A stretch of 64,000 nucleotides of DNA from the human T2T-CHM13v2.0 reference genome, Homo sapiens: the NCBI RefSeq assembly GCF_009914755.1, contig NC_060937.1, one strand, 5' to 3'. The position numbers and the translations under genes were made by a program. The notes beneath the pieces were generated by a model. The model worked only from the letters and a program-made list of their open reading frames with translations. It ran no database searches and had not been told where the DNA came from. This document shows positions 1-12,595 of this stretch, one piece after another. Every line of letters begins with the position of its first letter. Positions within the stretch are counted from its first letter, which is position 1.

Positions 1-111
1 GCAAGTTAATGGGTGCAGCACACCAACATGGCACATGTATACATATGTAACAAACCTGCACGTTGTGCACATGTATCCTAGAACTTAAAGTATAATAAAA
101 AATAAATAAAT
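1..111 (+). mobile_element. L1PA (primate LINE-1) 3' end with A-rich tail, truncated by window edge
   Basis: Matches L1PA 3'UTR end: GGGTGCAGCACACCAACATGGCACATGTATACATATGTAACAAACCTGCACGTTGTGCACATG...AACTTAAAGTATAATAAAAAA. Confidence 0.92.
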
Positions 112-242
112 AATTGAATTTGCATTTTAGAAAAAAAAAGAATCAGATCTTCTATCAGTTCCATTTGGAACATTCACATTAATACAATTCTTTGTGCTTA
201 TTACTCAGTTGCTATTTTTTTATTTAATTTATACTTGATTGA

Positions 243-545
<303 letters not shown>

Positions 546-2836
546 CGATAACTGATTAATTTTAAGGTATACAAACAGATTTTAACCACACCATTCATCA
601 CTTTGGGTAACAACATTGAAGGATGGATTTTCTATAAACTAGGTCTAGAAGGATGGTATTTCCAAATCATTTCTGACTGTCATGGAACTAATTTAGATCA
701 TTGTTCAGAATCTTGCTTCTTTTAGACTAATTTTTGGTAAAGTGTACACACAATCACATTTACAAGTGATTATAATATACAATTGTAATATTTTCATCAA
801 AGTATATTAAAAATGTTATAGGAGCTCAGTAAAGAGGGTCGCCTAACTGAAGAAATATATTTTAGCTGGAGTCGAAAGGATGAATGGAAGTCTTCCCAAG
901 CCAATGAGTGGGAGAGTGGCATTGTGGAAAAAGGGAGCACATAATACAACATAATGTATTCAAGGAATGGAAAATGGTACTAAATGATGGAACACAGGAT
1001 AGTGTGGGGAAATGGTATGAAGATGAGGCTGAAACACAGTTGTGGCCCTGCTGTGAAGGGGATTGTCGTTAAACAATTTTTATTTGGAAAATGACAAACC
1101 ATAGAAATTAGGGGACATGCTAAATAATAAGTGATAGATAGAGCTAAAACTCAACCCAAATACCAGTCTCTTACTCTACAGTGTGTTGTAGTAAATACAT
1201 TTGGAATTTCCTTAACTATAAGGGCATTACCGAACATTTCCCTGCTGTAAAGTTTACCTGCTAATATTTGGTTGGCGCTTACAGCCTATCGTCTGTAAAG
1301 ATACATCAGAACAGATGAACTTAGTATCATTCCCAGGATATGTATTCTATGCCATTTAGAAAAACATTTTTAAATGTTTTGGTGTTTTAAAAAGTGCTTT
1401 TAGATAATCTGTATCAGCACCATCACTTATGTATTTCATTTTTTAATAATTAAAGAGACTTTTAAAATTTTCTCTTTCTTCCATGTCTCTGGGCCAATTG
1501 TTTGCCTGTCTCAAAAATCTCCTACCCCCATTTTCCATCATCTCACACTTTTAAAGTGAATTGTCCACATTGGACTTTGTGATATACTTAAAAGAAGACA
1601 CCAAGCCTCTCATGGAAAACCAGCCCATATTTATTGTCTCCATTTATTTTCCTTAAATTGTCTGTACAAACATGATTTTCTCCCTCACATTTTTAAAATT
1701 CTTACTATAAATTCTCCATTGAAAATTCTAATCTATAGTAATCTGATTTCTGGTTGTTAATGCTGTGTAGAGCAAAACCACCATTCATTTTTGGCATAAT
1801 GTAATTAAAATACAATATAAATGCTAACTTGCATGACCTATCAAAGCCTATATGTTTGGGATATGCCATATCCCAAATGAAGGCCATGTTGTCATTAATG
1901 CCACCTTAATTCTTTGACTTCTTGCTGGTTCCTTCCCCTACCTTCATGACCCAGGCCACCTTCACAAAAATTGCTGCTCCATCAGTGATCAATTAGGGAA
2001 TTGTCAGGTTTATAAATTTACTAAATGTGCCATGGGGATACCAAAATCACTAAATGATTGGATTGAGATCAAAAACTGAGAATATTGTCTTAGTGCATAT
2101 GCTATCTGCAAGATGGAAAAATAAACTTGTCTCCTATTTGAAAATACATGGAATGGAAAAAGGTTAAAACTCTAGTAAACAAGGAATGCTAGATGTGAAA
2201 AAAAAAAAAAAAAGAAGACACTGAGGTAATGTCACTTACTGTGCAAGAAAGTCTCCCCACCCTGTCAGCCCACTCTCAAGTTGTCCAGTTAATCTTTTTT
2301 TTCATTCTAATAGTTGCCAAACTTTCTAATTCACATTCTGCTGCTCACTAGCCATCTACCCGTATTGGTACATGATGCAGGTTCCTTTCCTTTGTGCCTC
2401 CCTCCCTGCCTCCCTCCTTTCCTTGCTTTCTTTCAGAAAAACATATGCTCATTATAGGAAATACCAACAAAAGTGCCAAAAAAATTTGAAGAAGTCATCC
2501 ACATAAAGATAACTGTCTTTATCATTTTCATGTATTTATTTCATGTTAGTCTTTTTCTGTGTGTATTTTATCATAGGGACCAAACGCTATGCAATGTACT
2601 CATATAGTCACAAAGATGAATAGTGCATCATCTCTGCTCTTTATGATATTTAGAGAGTTCCAAAAAGACGCAAGTTTTCTATATGTTTTATTACGTTTTT
2701 TTACAAGTAAAATGTGCCCTGCGATTTTTAGTATAATGAAATCTCATTTTAAATAATTAAAAATCTTAACTTCATGGCTAATCAAAATCCTGTCGAGTAA
2801 TATCCCGTCTAAAATGTGGAGAGAGTCTGCGTTTAC

Positions 2837-3050
2837 CATCACGTATATTCTTAAAATATGGTTTATCAAATTTTCTTTAGAAAGCATAGAAGGCAGTTTT
2901 CTACGTTGACTCCATTAAGAAGATTATTAAGTTAACATTTCATACTTATATAGTGCTTCACTTAAATTCAATAATATTTTCTTGCACTTTTTTAATTGCA
3001 TTTCTCTGTTTAAAAATACTGTTTATGAATTTCCCGTTTGTTGGTCTGCT
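2837..3050 (-). pseudogene. Pseudo-exon, STING-like C-terminal half
   Basis: ttttttag|A...GTG ATG|gtaaac, 214 nt, phase 2>0: ADQQTGNS*TVFLNREMQLKKCKKILLNLSEALYKYEMLT**SS*WSQRRKLPSMLSKENLINHILRIYVM. Confidence 0.55.
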
Positions 3051-3068
3051 CTAAAAAATATTGCTTAC

Positions 3069-3177
3069 CTATGAATATTTTGAATTAGGAATAAATGAAA
3101 TTCCGTTTTTGCTGTCAGAACCAAATTGTAAAAATGAATTGCATGACTTTGAAAATCAGTATACTCTATTAGCAGGC
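3069..3177 (-). pseudogene. Pseudo-exon, fully open frame
   Basis: ctttttatattgacag|GC...AG|gtaagc, 109 nt, phase 1>2: LLIEYTDFQSHAIHFYNLVLTAKTEFHLFLIQNIH. Confidence 0.55.
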
Positions 3178-3280
3178 CTGTCAATATAAAAAGTGCATTC
3201 CATTTCCACCTCTTGCTCTAATAACCTTTTCTCTGTTACTCTGAGGCAGTTCACATAATCAGAGTATATTGTCAGCTTAC

Positions 3281-3448
3281 TGGAGTTGGGGAAGCATGAA
3301 ATGAAAATCACGTTAGTATTGATCCAATTCTTTTGCTTGCAAGTATCCTTGATGTCCTTTTCCAGTGAGCAATAACTGTTGGTGTTAGGTAGCCATTTTC
3401 TTCTCTTCTTTCTTAAATTCCAATCAATTGTTTACAAGCATAACTAAT
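3281..3448 (-). pseudogene. Pseudo-exon, STING-like N-terminal helix region
   Basis: tttttattcag|AT...A|gtaagc, 168 nt. Reconstructed (13-nt purine insertion, 1-nt deletion): [48 protein letters not shown]. Confidence 0.55.
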
Positions 3449-4980
3449 CTGAATAAAAATTTAACACTTGGAATAATTTCCATGTGTTAATTCCCAGATT
3501 GCTAATGCTGCACATTTACTATACCACTGAACTGTTTTCCCCCAGCTTTTCAAAACACAGCCTACCTAAAGACGTAATATTTATATGTAGTTTAAAACAA
3601 AAGTCTGTACAAGTTCCTTTTTGGTAAAATTACGTAAGATGCTGTACTCTGACTTTTATGTAATATAGTCATGTGCTAAAATGGACCATAAGTGCCATGA
3701 ATTACTGATCCACGTAAGGAATAGCATTTTTGAACCAAGTTTATTATAAATTTGAAGCTGGTGTCTTGGGTTTTTAATTTTATAGTGGTATAGATAATAT
3801 CTATTTTGGATTATTCAATATATTCTCTGTCAACAAAATTAAATTGAAGTGGGAATCATGGTTACATCCAACTCATTCAAACTAAAATATCCACAACTAA
3901 GAAAGGAGGAATTGGATGGTTGAACTATCCAGACTTTATATCTGTATTTATTAAATTTGCTTAGTAAATACTCAGATTTTTACCTAAAATGTATTTGGAA
4001 CAACAAATAGAAAGTCTATTTCATGTGTAGAAATACTTGCTTTCATAAAATAATTTTATATTGATAAAGTGAGGCTTCTGACTCAGTATCAGGTATAAAA
4101 GATTGAGAAAATGCTTGAGATTTCTGGTCATTCTTTCTAATTTAGTGTTTTTATTCAGTATCACTAACAGTTTTGCCATTGGGATTTTTCTATTGAAAGA
4201 CCTGTTTTCTTCTCCTTTTTAAAAAAATGCTATTTTATAAAGAAGATGATTTAATTTTTTGTCATTAATCTTCGTTAGAAAAGTGATCTTTCCTATTATC
4301 GTAATTTGTTTCTTAAGGAAGGACGCACTTAATAAAGTCAAACACAAAATTAAAATTGGAATTTAGATGATTTACAAAGAAAAATATTTACTTATTAGGA
4401 AATGATTGTTACAGTAGACTGTTCTAGTGTGTATCTATTACTTTTATCTCACAGATACACTAAGGTAAGCATAAAATGTTTTCGAACAATAGGTTCCTCA
4501 GTATAAGAAAAAGCATTCTTTCAGGTTTTTTTGAAATGTTCAAAATTGTAAACTTCCCAGTAATAGATTGATTCATACATATTATTGCACAAGATTGTGT
4601 CATCATATCTATTGTAATTTTCTGAGAGGTATATTTATCTTAAATCTTTTTCCTTTTAGTGGAAATTAAACAGCACCATTTAGAGTTACTAAAAGCACTG
4701 GTCTGAAAAGGTATTTGTTGCTCAGACTTAAGTTTTAATGAGAAAAAGTAATCTTTAAAATTTCTCAAAGTATTCATGTAATTAATGCACTTTAAAAAGT
4801 ATTTAGGTTTGGAAATGAATTGCAACATTTTATTCTACTAAAAGAGTGGTAGACTTCGTCAAAATACATTGAACAAGCTAAAAAAATATTGAGAAATGGC
4901 GTATAATGAAAAGAATTTCTTCTTTGAAAAAGAATGCCATCCTGTTCAACAGATTCCTGAATGTTTAGAAACAGAATTAC

Positions 4981-5072
4981 CTGATAATACATTTAGGTAA
5001 AAATAAAATTAGACCAGATTTCTATTCTGCCAGTGTCCTCCCAAAGATCTTTTTCCAAAGATGAAAAGAAGC
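4981..5072 (-). pseudogene. Pseudo-exon following the TIR-like YLEWP exon
   Basis: atttaatatag|GC...CAG|gtaatt, 92 nt, phase 1>0: FFSSLEKDLWEDTGRIEIWSNFIFT*MYYQ. Confidence 0.55.
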
Positions 5073-6145
5073 CTATATTAAATGCATTATCTCTTCTTGA
5101 GAAAGCAGTTCTTTTCCTTCAAATATCCAAGATACTAAACATATTTATATAATTAAATATCTGTATGCAAAATCAGAAGTACATGTCAAATACATTGGTG
5201 CTTTATGTAATTTTATTTAATATCTTTAAATGAATAAAATAGTTATGGAAAACCTACATTACATTTAAAATGTAAGCTATTTATACTACATTCAATTTCC
5301 AAAGTACTTCCTAACACCTGTACTTCATGCTATCATTCCTGTCTTCAGGGAGCATCCAATCTAGTGGAGGAGCTGAAGGCTCATTCACATTTTAATGAAT
5401 ACGAACACTGTTATAACAGCATGGTGGAAGGAAGAATAGTAACTCCAACTGAAGGAAAGGAAACTATCACTTGTTGAATACCTGATGTTGGATAGGCATT
5501 GTGCCAAGACCATAGACTCATGCTTTATCTTGAGTTTTTTAATCCTCAGATAAGCCAGCTTTTTTTCCCCCTCTTTACGTAAATCTTATGCAACACTATT
5601 ATAAGCAATAAAGCATTAACTATGTTCTTTTTCAGTTTTAATTATGTATTCAGTATACTTTTTATCCTCTTGTTTTATTTATTTTATCAAAATTTTAATA
5701 AACATTTTTGAAAGCTTACTATGTAAATAATCTCCACACATTTCCATTGTCTCATTTTAACTTTGCAATAATCCTGTGAAAGAAAATGTGGAAAATACTT
5801 AATATTACTCTTCTACAAATTTGGAAACTGAAATTAAGAGATTGGTCTGAATTTTTTTAATGTTTCTAATGGATATTAGTGGGGAACAATAACTTATGAA
5901 TGGCAAATCAAATAGTCCAACTCTCCCACTTATGAGGAAACTGTAAAGTACATGAAAAGTAACTTAACTAATGTGCATGTAAAATGACTAATATGTGAAG
6001 TGTGTTTATGTGTTTTCATTTACTCAACAAACATTTGTTACCATTTTGACATGTGAAATTAAAGTCCAGTAGAGAATCCCTAAAATAAAAACACTCCAAA
6101 ATTGAACAATGATAAGATATGATGACTTAATTCTAAGATATAAAT

Positions 6146-6148
<3 letters not shown>

Positions 6149-6192
<44 letters not shown>
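6149..6192. repeat. (TA)n microsatellite
   Basis: Run of TA dinucleotides with one G interruption, at the L1 tail position. Confidence 0.9.
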
Positions 6193-6193
<1 letters not shown>

Positions 6194-6847
6194 TATATTT
6201 GAAGTTCTAGGGTACATGTGCACAGCGTGCAGGTTTGTTACATATGTATACATGTGCCATGTTGGTGTGCTGCACCCATTAACTGGTCATTTACATTAGG
6301 TATATCTCCTAATGCTATCCCTCCCCCCTCTCCCCACCCCACAACAGGCCCCAGTGTGTGATGTTCCCCTTCCTGTGTCCAAGTGTTCTCATTGTTCAAT
6401 TCCCACCTATGAGTGAGAACATGTGGTGTTTGGTTTTTTGTCCTTACGATAGTTTGCTGAGAATGATGGTTTCCGGCTTCATCCATGTCCCTACAAAGGA
6501 CATGAACTCATCCTTTTTTATGGCTGCATAGTATTCCATGGTGTATATGTGCCACATTTTCTTAATCCAGTCTATCATTGATGGACATTTGGGTTGGTTC
6601 CAAGTCTTTGCTATTGTGTATAGTGCCACAATAAACATACGTGTGCATGTGTCTTTATAGCAGCATGATTTATAATCCTTTGGGTATATACCCAGTAATG
6701 GGATGGCTGGGTCAAATGGTATTTCTAGTTCTAGATCCCTGAGGAATTGCCTCACTGTCTTCCACAATGGTTGAACTAGTTTACAGTCCCACCAACAGTG
6801 TAAAAGTGTTCCTATTTCTCCACATCCTCTCCAGCACCTGTTGTTTC
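6149..6847 (-). mobile_element. 5'-truncated L1PA (ORF2 end + 3'UTR) with tail converted to (TA)n
   Basis: ORF 6444..6767 is L1 ORF2 C-terminus (DLELEIPFDPAIPLLGIYPKDYKSCCYKDTCTRMF); target-site duplication TAAGATATAAATGTT at 6134-6148 and 6848-6862. Confidence 0.95.
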
Positions 6848-7517
6848 TAAGATATAAATGTTATACAGAGATGGAAATAATCAACCTGACTGAATCCTGA
6901 AGGAATAGGCATGTAAGAGATTTTATGTAAAAGAAATTACATAGGTCGGACTTAAAGATTTGAGACAATGTGGCATGTATGCAGACAAAAACATTCAGCT
7001 TTTAGAGAATATGAGGTGCAAAGAGGCCAAATCAGTAAAATAGTGAGGTTAAATAAGCAGAAGCTAGATCATGAGCTTTAAACCATATGTTTAAATGGTA
7101 CAAATAAAATAACATTGAAAATGTATTATTCCATTGTTGATATACATTAGATAGATACACATATATACCTATATATCTATATAAATATACCTATATATAT
7201 AACTTTTCAATAAATGAAAACCCCATTGTTCCACAGTCAATATAAATAATAATAGCATAAGCTGGTGAAAAGCTGAGTCTACATTAAAACTGGCTTATTA
7301 TGTGGTTATATCTCTTTTCTTTGTGTGTTAGCCACACATATGATTTATAGCTAACCTATTGTTGTGAATTACTTTTTTCTTTATTAGTATAGATGTTTTA
7401 GAGTTGATTATAGGAGGATTTCTTAAACAGAAATAAAATACTGTATTTTTCTTACATTAATTGTTTATATTTATCAATAGAAAAGAACATAAAGGGCACA
7501 TGAACTAATTTCTTTGC

Positions 7518-7594
7518 CTTGATCCTGTGGCCATTCCAGGTAGACATATTCTTTGATGTCGTTAGGAGGAGTTCATGTCTCCAGTTTGTCATTT
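7518..7594 (-). pseudogene. Pseudo-exon with TIR-like YLEWP motif
   Basis: aaaacacag|AA...CAA G|gcaaag, 77 nt (75+2); removing a TC duplication gives EMTNWRHELPNDIKEYVYLEWPQDQG. Confidence 0.6.
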
Positions 7595-8054
7595 CTGTGT
7601 TTTAACTTATGCTTATTTAAAATAACAACAAAACTTTAAAATGGAAATTTAAACTATATCAATAAGAGTAACAATAATACTGGAATATAGTAACAATACT
7701 AGAAACATTTTAGTTCTGCTGTTACTTCACCTTTAAAATATACCTTTTTTCACATGGATTCTTGGTTATTAATAGAAATTTTATGAAAAAGGAACTTTAG
7801 ATTTCTGCAATGCAATATTCTGTATTACATAACATTTTCATATACAGAGCTTTATATATATATATATTTACTAAGAAGTCAGTCTATGGAGTGCTTTCAT
7901 GGGTTATTTCTCACATGATGTAGAAAATAACATAAGTGCGGTTTTGGATTTAGCTACCTTGAGCTATAATTCAGTGGCATTTTTTCTCCTGAAACTTTTA
8001 AATTTTGTGGTATTTTAATGTTTTCATAGGCAATAGCATATATGTCTATCCTAC

Positions 8055-8313
8055 CCAGCTTTACACATAATATACATTTTCAGATCCAAGGCGTTCTGGT
8101 AGTTTGTGGTATTCGCTTGTTAATTTCTTGATGAATGGCTAAAGAGGCCAAAAAGTGCACTCAGTCCAACATGTCTTCTGAAGATAGATGATCTCAAATA
8201 AATTCTCTTCCCAATCAGATTTTGATTTGTTGGGTGTTAAACCAATTCTTTCTAAGGACAGTGTTTACAAGCCTTGTAATGAGACAGCCCTTTGAGACCT
8301 TCCCTCTTTTTGC
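8055..8313 (-). pseudogene. Pseudo-exon, TIR-like core
   Basis: aaattacag|GCA...CTG G|gtagga, 259 nt, phase 0>1: AKRGKVSKGCLITRLVNTVLRKNWFNTQQIKI*LGREFI*DHLSSEDMLD*VHFLASLAIHQEINKRIPQTTRTPWI*KCILCVKL; all four stops are TGA. Confidence 0.6.
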
Positions 8314-8724
8314 CTGTAATTTTGATGAATGAAACTCTAATTCATAAAGGATATTGTGATTGAAAAGCACCTTTAGATCTCATACACTTTAATTTAGATA
8401 AATGTTTGGTGCAGTACCATGAAATCAGGAAGTTTGCTGAGCTGCAAACTGATAACACTTCAACAAGGATGATAAGCTTAGTGTGTTGATATGGATTAGT
8501 TTACTATATATCTTTTAAAGTCATGATTGTTTTACTGCTTTAAAACCAGAGGGGATAAAATTGAAAGCTTGATATACATTTCAGAGCTCACCTTTCTTCT
8601 ACTACATTTTCTTCTTTGGTAAATTTTTATTTTGGTAATACAAAAGTAACATAAAGCTTTTTTACTGACAAAGATTACCCATGATTTTTATATAAGGAAA
8701 AACTTGCTTTATTAGATTACTCAC

Positions 8725-8805
8725 ACTTAAAGGCTTTTTTGACTTTATTGTAAAAAACCAAGTTACTTTTCATGTAAATACATATATTCTCCGGCTTGCC
8801 CCAAA
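8725..8805 (-). pseudogene. Pseudo-exon, open frame
   Basis: gatttgcctttag|TT...T|gtgagt, 81 nt, phase 1>1: WGKPENICIYMKSNLVFYNKVKKAFK. Confidence 0.5.
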
Positions 8806-8889
8806 CTAAAGGCAAATCACTGAGATTCTAAGATACCCTGGGAACTTCAGACTTTGAAATATGCAGGGGTAACTGTAATGTCTGAGTTT

Positions 8890-9800
8890 ATACATTTATT
8901 CAGGATTTATGAGGGCTTGCTCTGTGCTAGGCAGTGTGCTAAGTACTGAGAATACCAAGACAAAAACATGTTTCCAGTCATGAAGGAACTTGGAGGCTTT
9001 TGTGGAGTTAAATAAGCAAGCAGTTACAATATCTATAAATTATGCAGTAGCAGGGTTTACGAGGTATGGTGGAAGCATAAGGGAAAGAGTACACAAGTGC
9101 TCTTAAGAAATCAGAGAAGGGAATGGGGTGGTGGGGTGAACTTGAACTTCAGTTCAGCACGTTTGTGGCAGAACTGCTGGGCACCAGGCACTGAAGCTAC
9201 AGAAATGGGACTGAGGACAGACACATAGTAGGTAACACCTATACAGTGCAGTTGAATTATGTGTAAGCTGTTAACGTGCAGTAGGGTTTGTTAGGAAAGG
9301 CAACTGAAGGAAGTGAGTTTTTAAGGGCAAGTAGCAATTAGCCAGGCCAAGGAGGAAAGGTAGGAACATACCCTGCAGAGGGAATAACATTAGCATGGGT
9401 AAAGAGGTATGTGAAAGCATGACATATTTTGGAAGCTATAAGTGGTCCAATATTGCTGAGGAAGGTGTGGTGAAAACACAGAACTGGTAATGAGAGGATA
9501 AAAGGCCTTGGTAAGCCATGCTAAGAAGTTTGGATTTTATCCTCCAGTCTAAGTCTTGCATTAGGTGTTCTTGACTGGGAGGAGTTAATGAATAATTTTA
9601 ATAGGAAAATGTCCTCAATTTATTTGTGTTTTATAAAAATCACTCTGACAAAAGTATGGAAGGCGGTGTGAGTCAGGCAGCTGTTGACACCCTCTAGACC
9701 AAAAACAGTGATGGCCTGAACTAGGGCAGTGGCAGTCACCATGCAGGATGAATTCCTAGGTTTCTGCTAAAGTACATGGTTGGCCAAAATAGGAGGAGGA
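8890..9800. mobile_element. L2 (LINE-2) fragments
   Basis: L2-like motifs such as CTCTGTGCTAGGCAGTGTGCTAAGTACTGAGAATAC and GCCATGCTAAGAAGTTTGGATTTTATCC; boundaries approximate. Confidence 0.6.
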
Positions 9801-10446
9801 GAAGGAGCAAGAGACAATTAGCTCAGTAAGAGAAATGTTCAGTTAATAGTATTCAGGCAAAGTCCAGAAATATAGCTGAGAAGACCTCAGGAGAGATTTC
9901 TGAATTATTAATCATTGGGTTTCCCTCTTTTGTTCTCAAATGATGCAAGCTCTATATTTCTGTTTGCCAAGAAGCAAACAAGTTATAAAGATAGCTACCC
10001 TCAGAAGATTACTCTTGGGCTGGCTTTATATCACCAAAAATCAAATAGAATTAAGATAAGGTTCTGAAGCATTCAGTGATCTATCCCTAATCTTTTATTC
10101 CAGAAATAATAATTATCTATGGGCCAGTGGAAGAAAAATACACATGGAACCCATTTAATTCCCCTCCCCTCCAATGTAGCATTGATTTGTCATAATACTA
10201 TTTGTCTCTGAAGTATTTATCAAAATATATGTCTAACAATCTATTTATACATTTAAGGTACGCATTAACCATGTGCTCTAAATGTGGTTATGTAGTAGGA
10301 GCTAGGATGACAGACTATACCTCTTAGCCAGTGATACTCTGTAATGGTATTGTGATGTGACTATGTTCCTCAACATGTGTTTTTACTCTGGCAGCCTTTT
10401 GAGTCCATTTTTTCATATTTTAGCAAACAGAATTAGCCTATATTCA

Positions 10447-11014
<568 letters not shown>

Positions 11015-11388
11015 CTAAAAATATAATACAACACCATATAGGACTGATTTATAAGGCTCCCATTTCCAGGAATATATCCACCACCCCAAATGAGATATGA
11101 AGACATTTTCCTAGTTAATGCTGCTCCTTGAAGGCTATATCCTAATACAGAACACAGTATATGACAATGCTTTCTTCTAAATTGAATTTCAGCTTCAAGT
11201 GATATAGAAGTATTTCATGTCTGTGGTGTTTGTGTGGGTGTAGGTGGTGTATGCATGTATAAAATTTGCTTTCAGTTCAGATAATTTTATATTAATTGAC
11301 ACCTGCCAAAGCAGATGTTTGAATGTAAATATGAAAACATTTATTAAGCAGTCAAATTCTTGAGGGATTCAGATGCATTCGTTTCTAA

Positions 11389-11781
<393 letters not shown>

Positions 11782-12451
11782 AGCTTTTTGTGTTATTATA
11801 TATAGCAAAATAAGGCTATCATTTCAGAAAAACCAGTATTTATTTCACTAATTGCTAAAGAAATAGCTATTGTGAAGAAGCTTTTATGTCTCCATCATTT
11901 CTAACTCCGCCTTTCTGTAACTTTCCAATGATCATTTTTCCCCTCACATGTGAATGGTTTCTCGTTTGCTGCATACTTATCCACTTTCAAAAATGATCTT
12001 CTAATTAGCTAATTAGCAATTGATTAGCTAATTAAGACAAAGTATAATTATGTAAAATAGTGTGATTTTAAGAAAATAAGTTTGGGGTGAAGTACAGACT
12101 TTTTGTGCAACATGCACTGATCTTAGAGCCCTAAGACATGGATCTTCGAGTCCTTAGACATGGTAGAGTTCGTTTCTCTACCACTAGCAACTGCTAGGTT
12201 CCTCCAAAATGCATGTAGCTTCCTCTGCCTGTTTCCTCATCTTTAAAATAAGGGTAGATCATTACAGCTCCGCACACCCCATGTTTCTCACAGAAAACCA
12301 AACAAGATAAAGAAGGTTAAAATGTTCTGTAATTGTAAAGTAATATGTAAATGCAGCATATAATTTAATAAAGCAATCAATTATTTATAATACCTACTAT
12401 AAGCAGAAACAATCATAATAACCTAAATGATTATATTTTTGTTGTGATTAG

Positions 12452-12595
12452 GCACGGAAGAAGATGTAGTAAAGTCAAAGAAAACATTCAGAAGTCAAGC
12501 AATAGTGAACCAAAATGCAGAGACAGAACTTATGCTGGAAGGAGACGATGATGCAGTCAGTCTGCTACAGGAGAAAGAAATTGACAACCTTGCAG
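12452..12595 (+). CDS. NBEA: Neurobeachin internal coding exon (144 nt, phase 1-1), just upstream of the PH-BEACH region
   Basis: gtgattag|GC ACG GAA...CTT GCA G|gtaaat; translates (G)TEEDVVKSKKTFRSQAIVNQNAETELMLEGDDDAVSLLQEKEIDNLA(G), recognised as neurobeachin; joins in frame to exon 32766. Confidence 0.93.

Larger units (their letters stand above)
2600..10240 (-). pseudogene. Candidate decayed multi-exon gene (unitary pseudogene) with TIR-like and STING-like domains, antisense within an NBEA intron
   Basis: Minus-strand AG/GT-bounded segments with matching phases: 8805-8725 (1>1), 8664-8592 (1>2), 8511-8418 (2>0), 8313-8055 (0>1), 7594-7518 (1>1 after removing 2 nt; GC at donor), 5072-4981 (1>0), 4877-~4579, 3448-3281 (1>1), 3177-3069 (1>2), 3050-2837 (2>0), 2678-2600 (0>1). 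Peptides include ELPNDIKEYVYLEWPQDQG-FFSSLEKDL (TIR-like) and W-N-L-[ins]-ENGYL, MLSKENLINHILRIY (STING-like). Multiple stops and frameshifts. Manual reconstruction only. Confidence 0.6.

Noticed and set aside
4896-5000. Plus-strand mini-ORF MAYNEKNFFFEKECHPVQQIPECLETELPDNTFR with a GT near its end, as a possible NBEA exon
   Set aside because: Its phase-2 end is incompatible with the phase-1 NBEA exon at 12452; the region is better explained as intron and exon of the minus-strand relic.
6238-6767. ORFs of 82 and 107 aa
   Set aside because: L1 ORF2 C-terminus and 3'UTR of a truncated L1PA.
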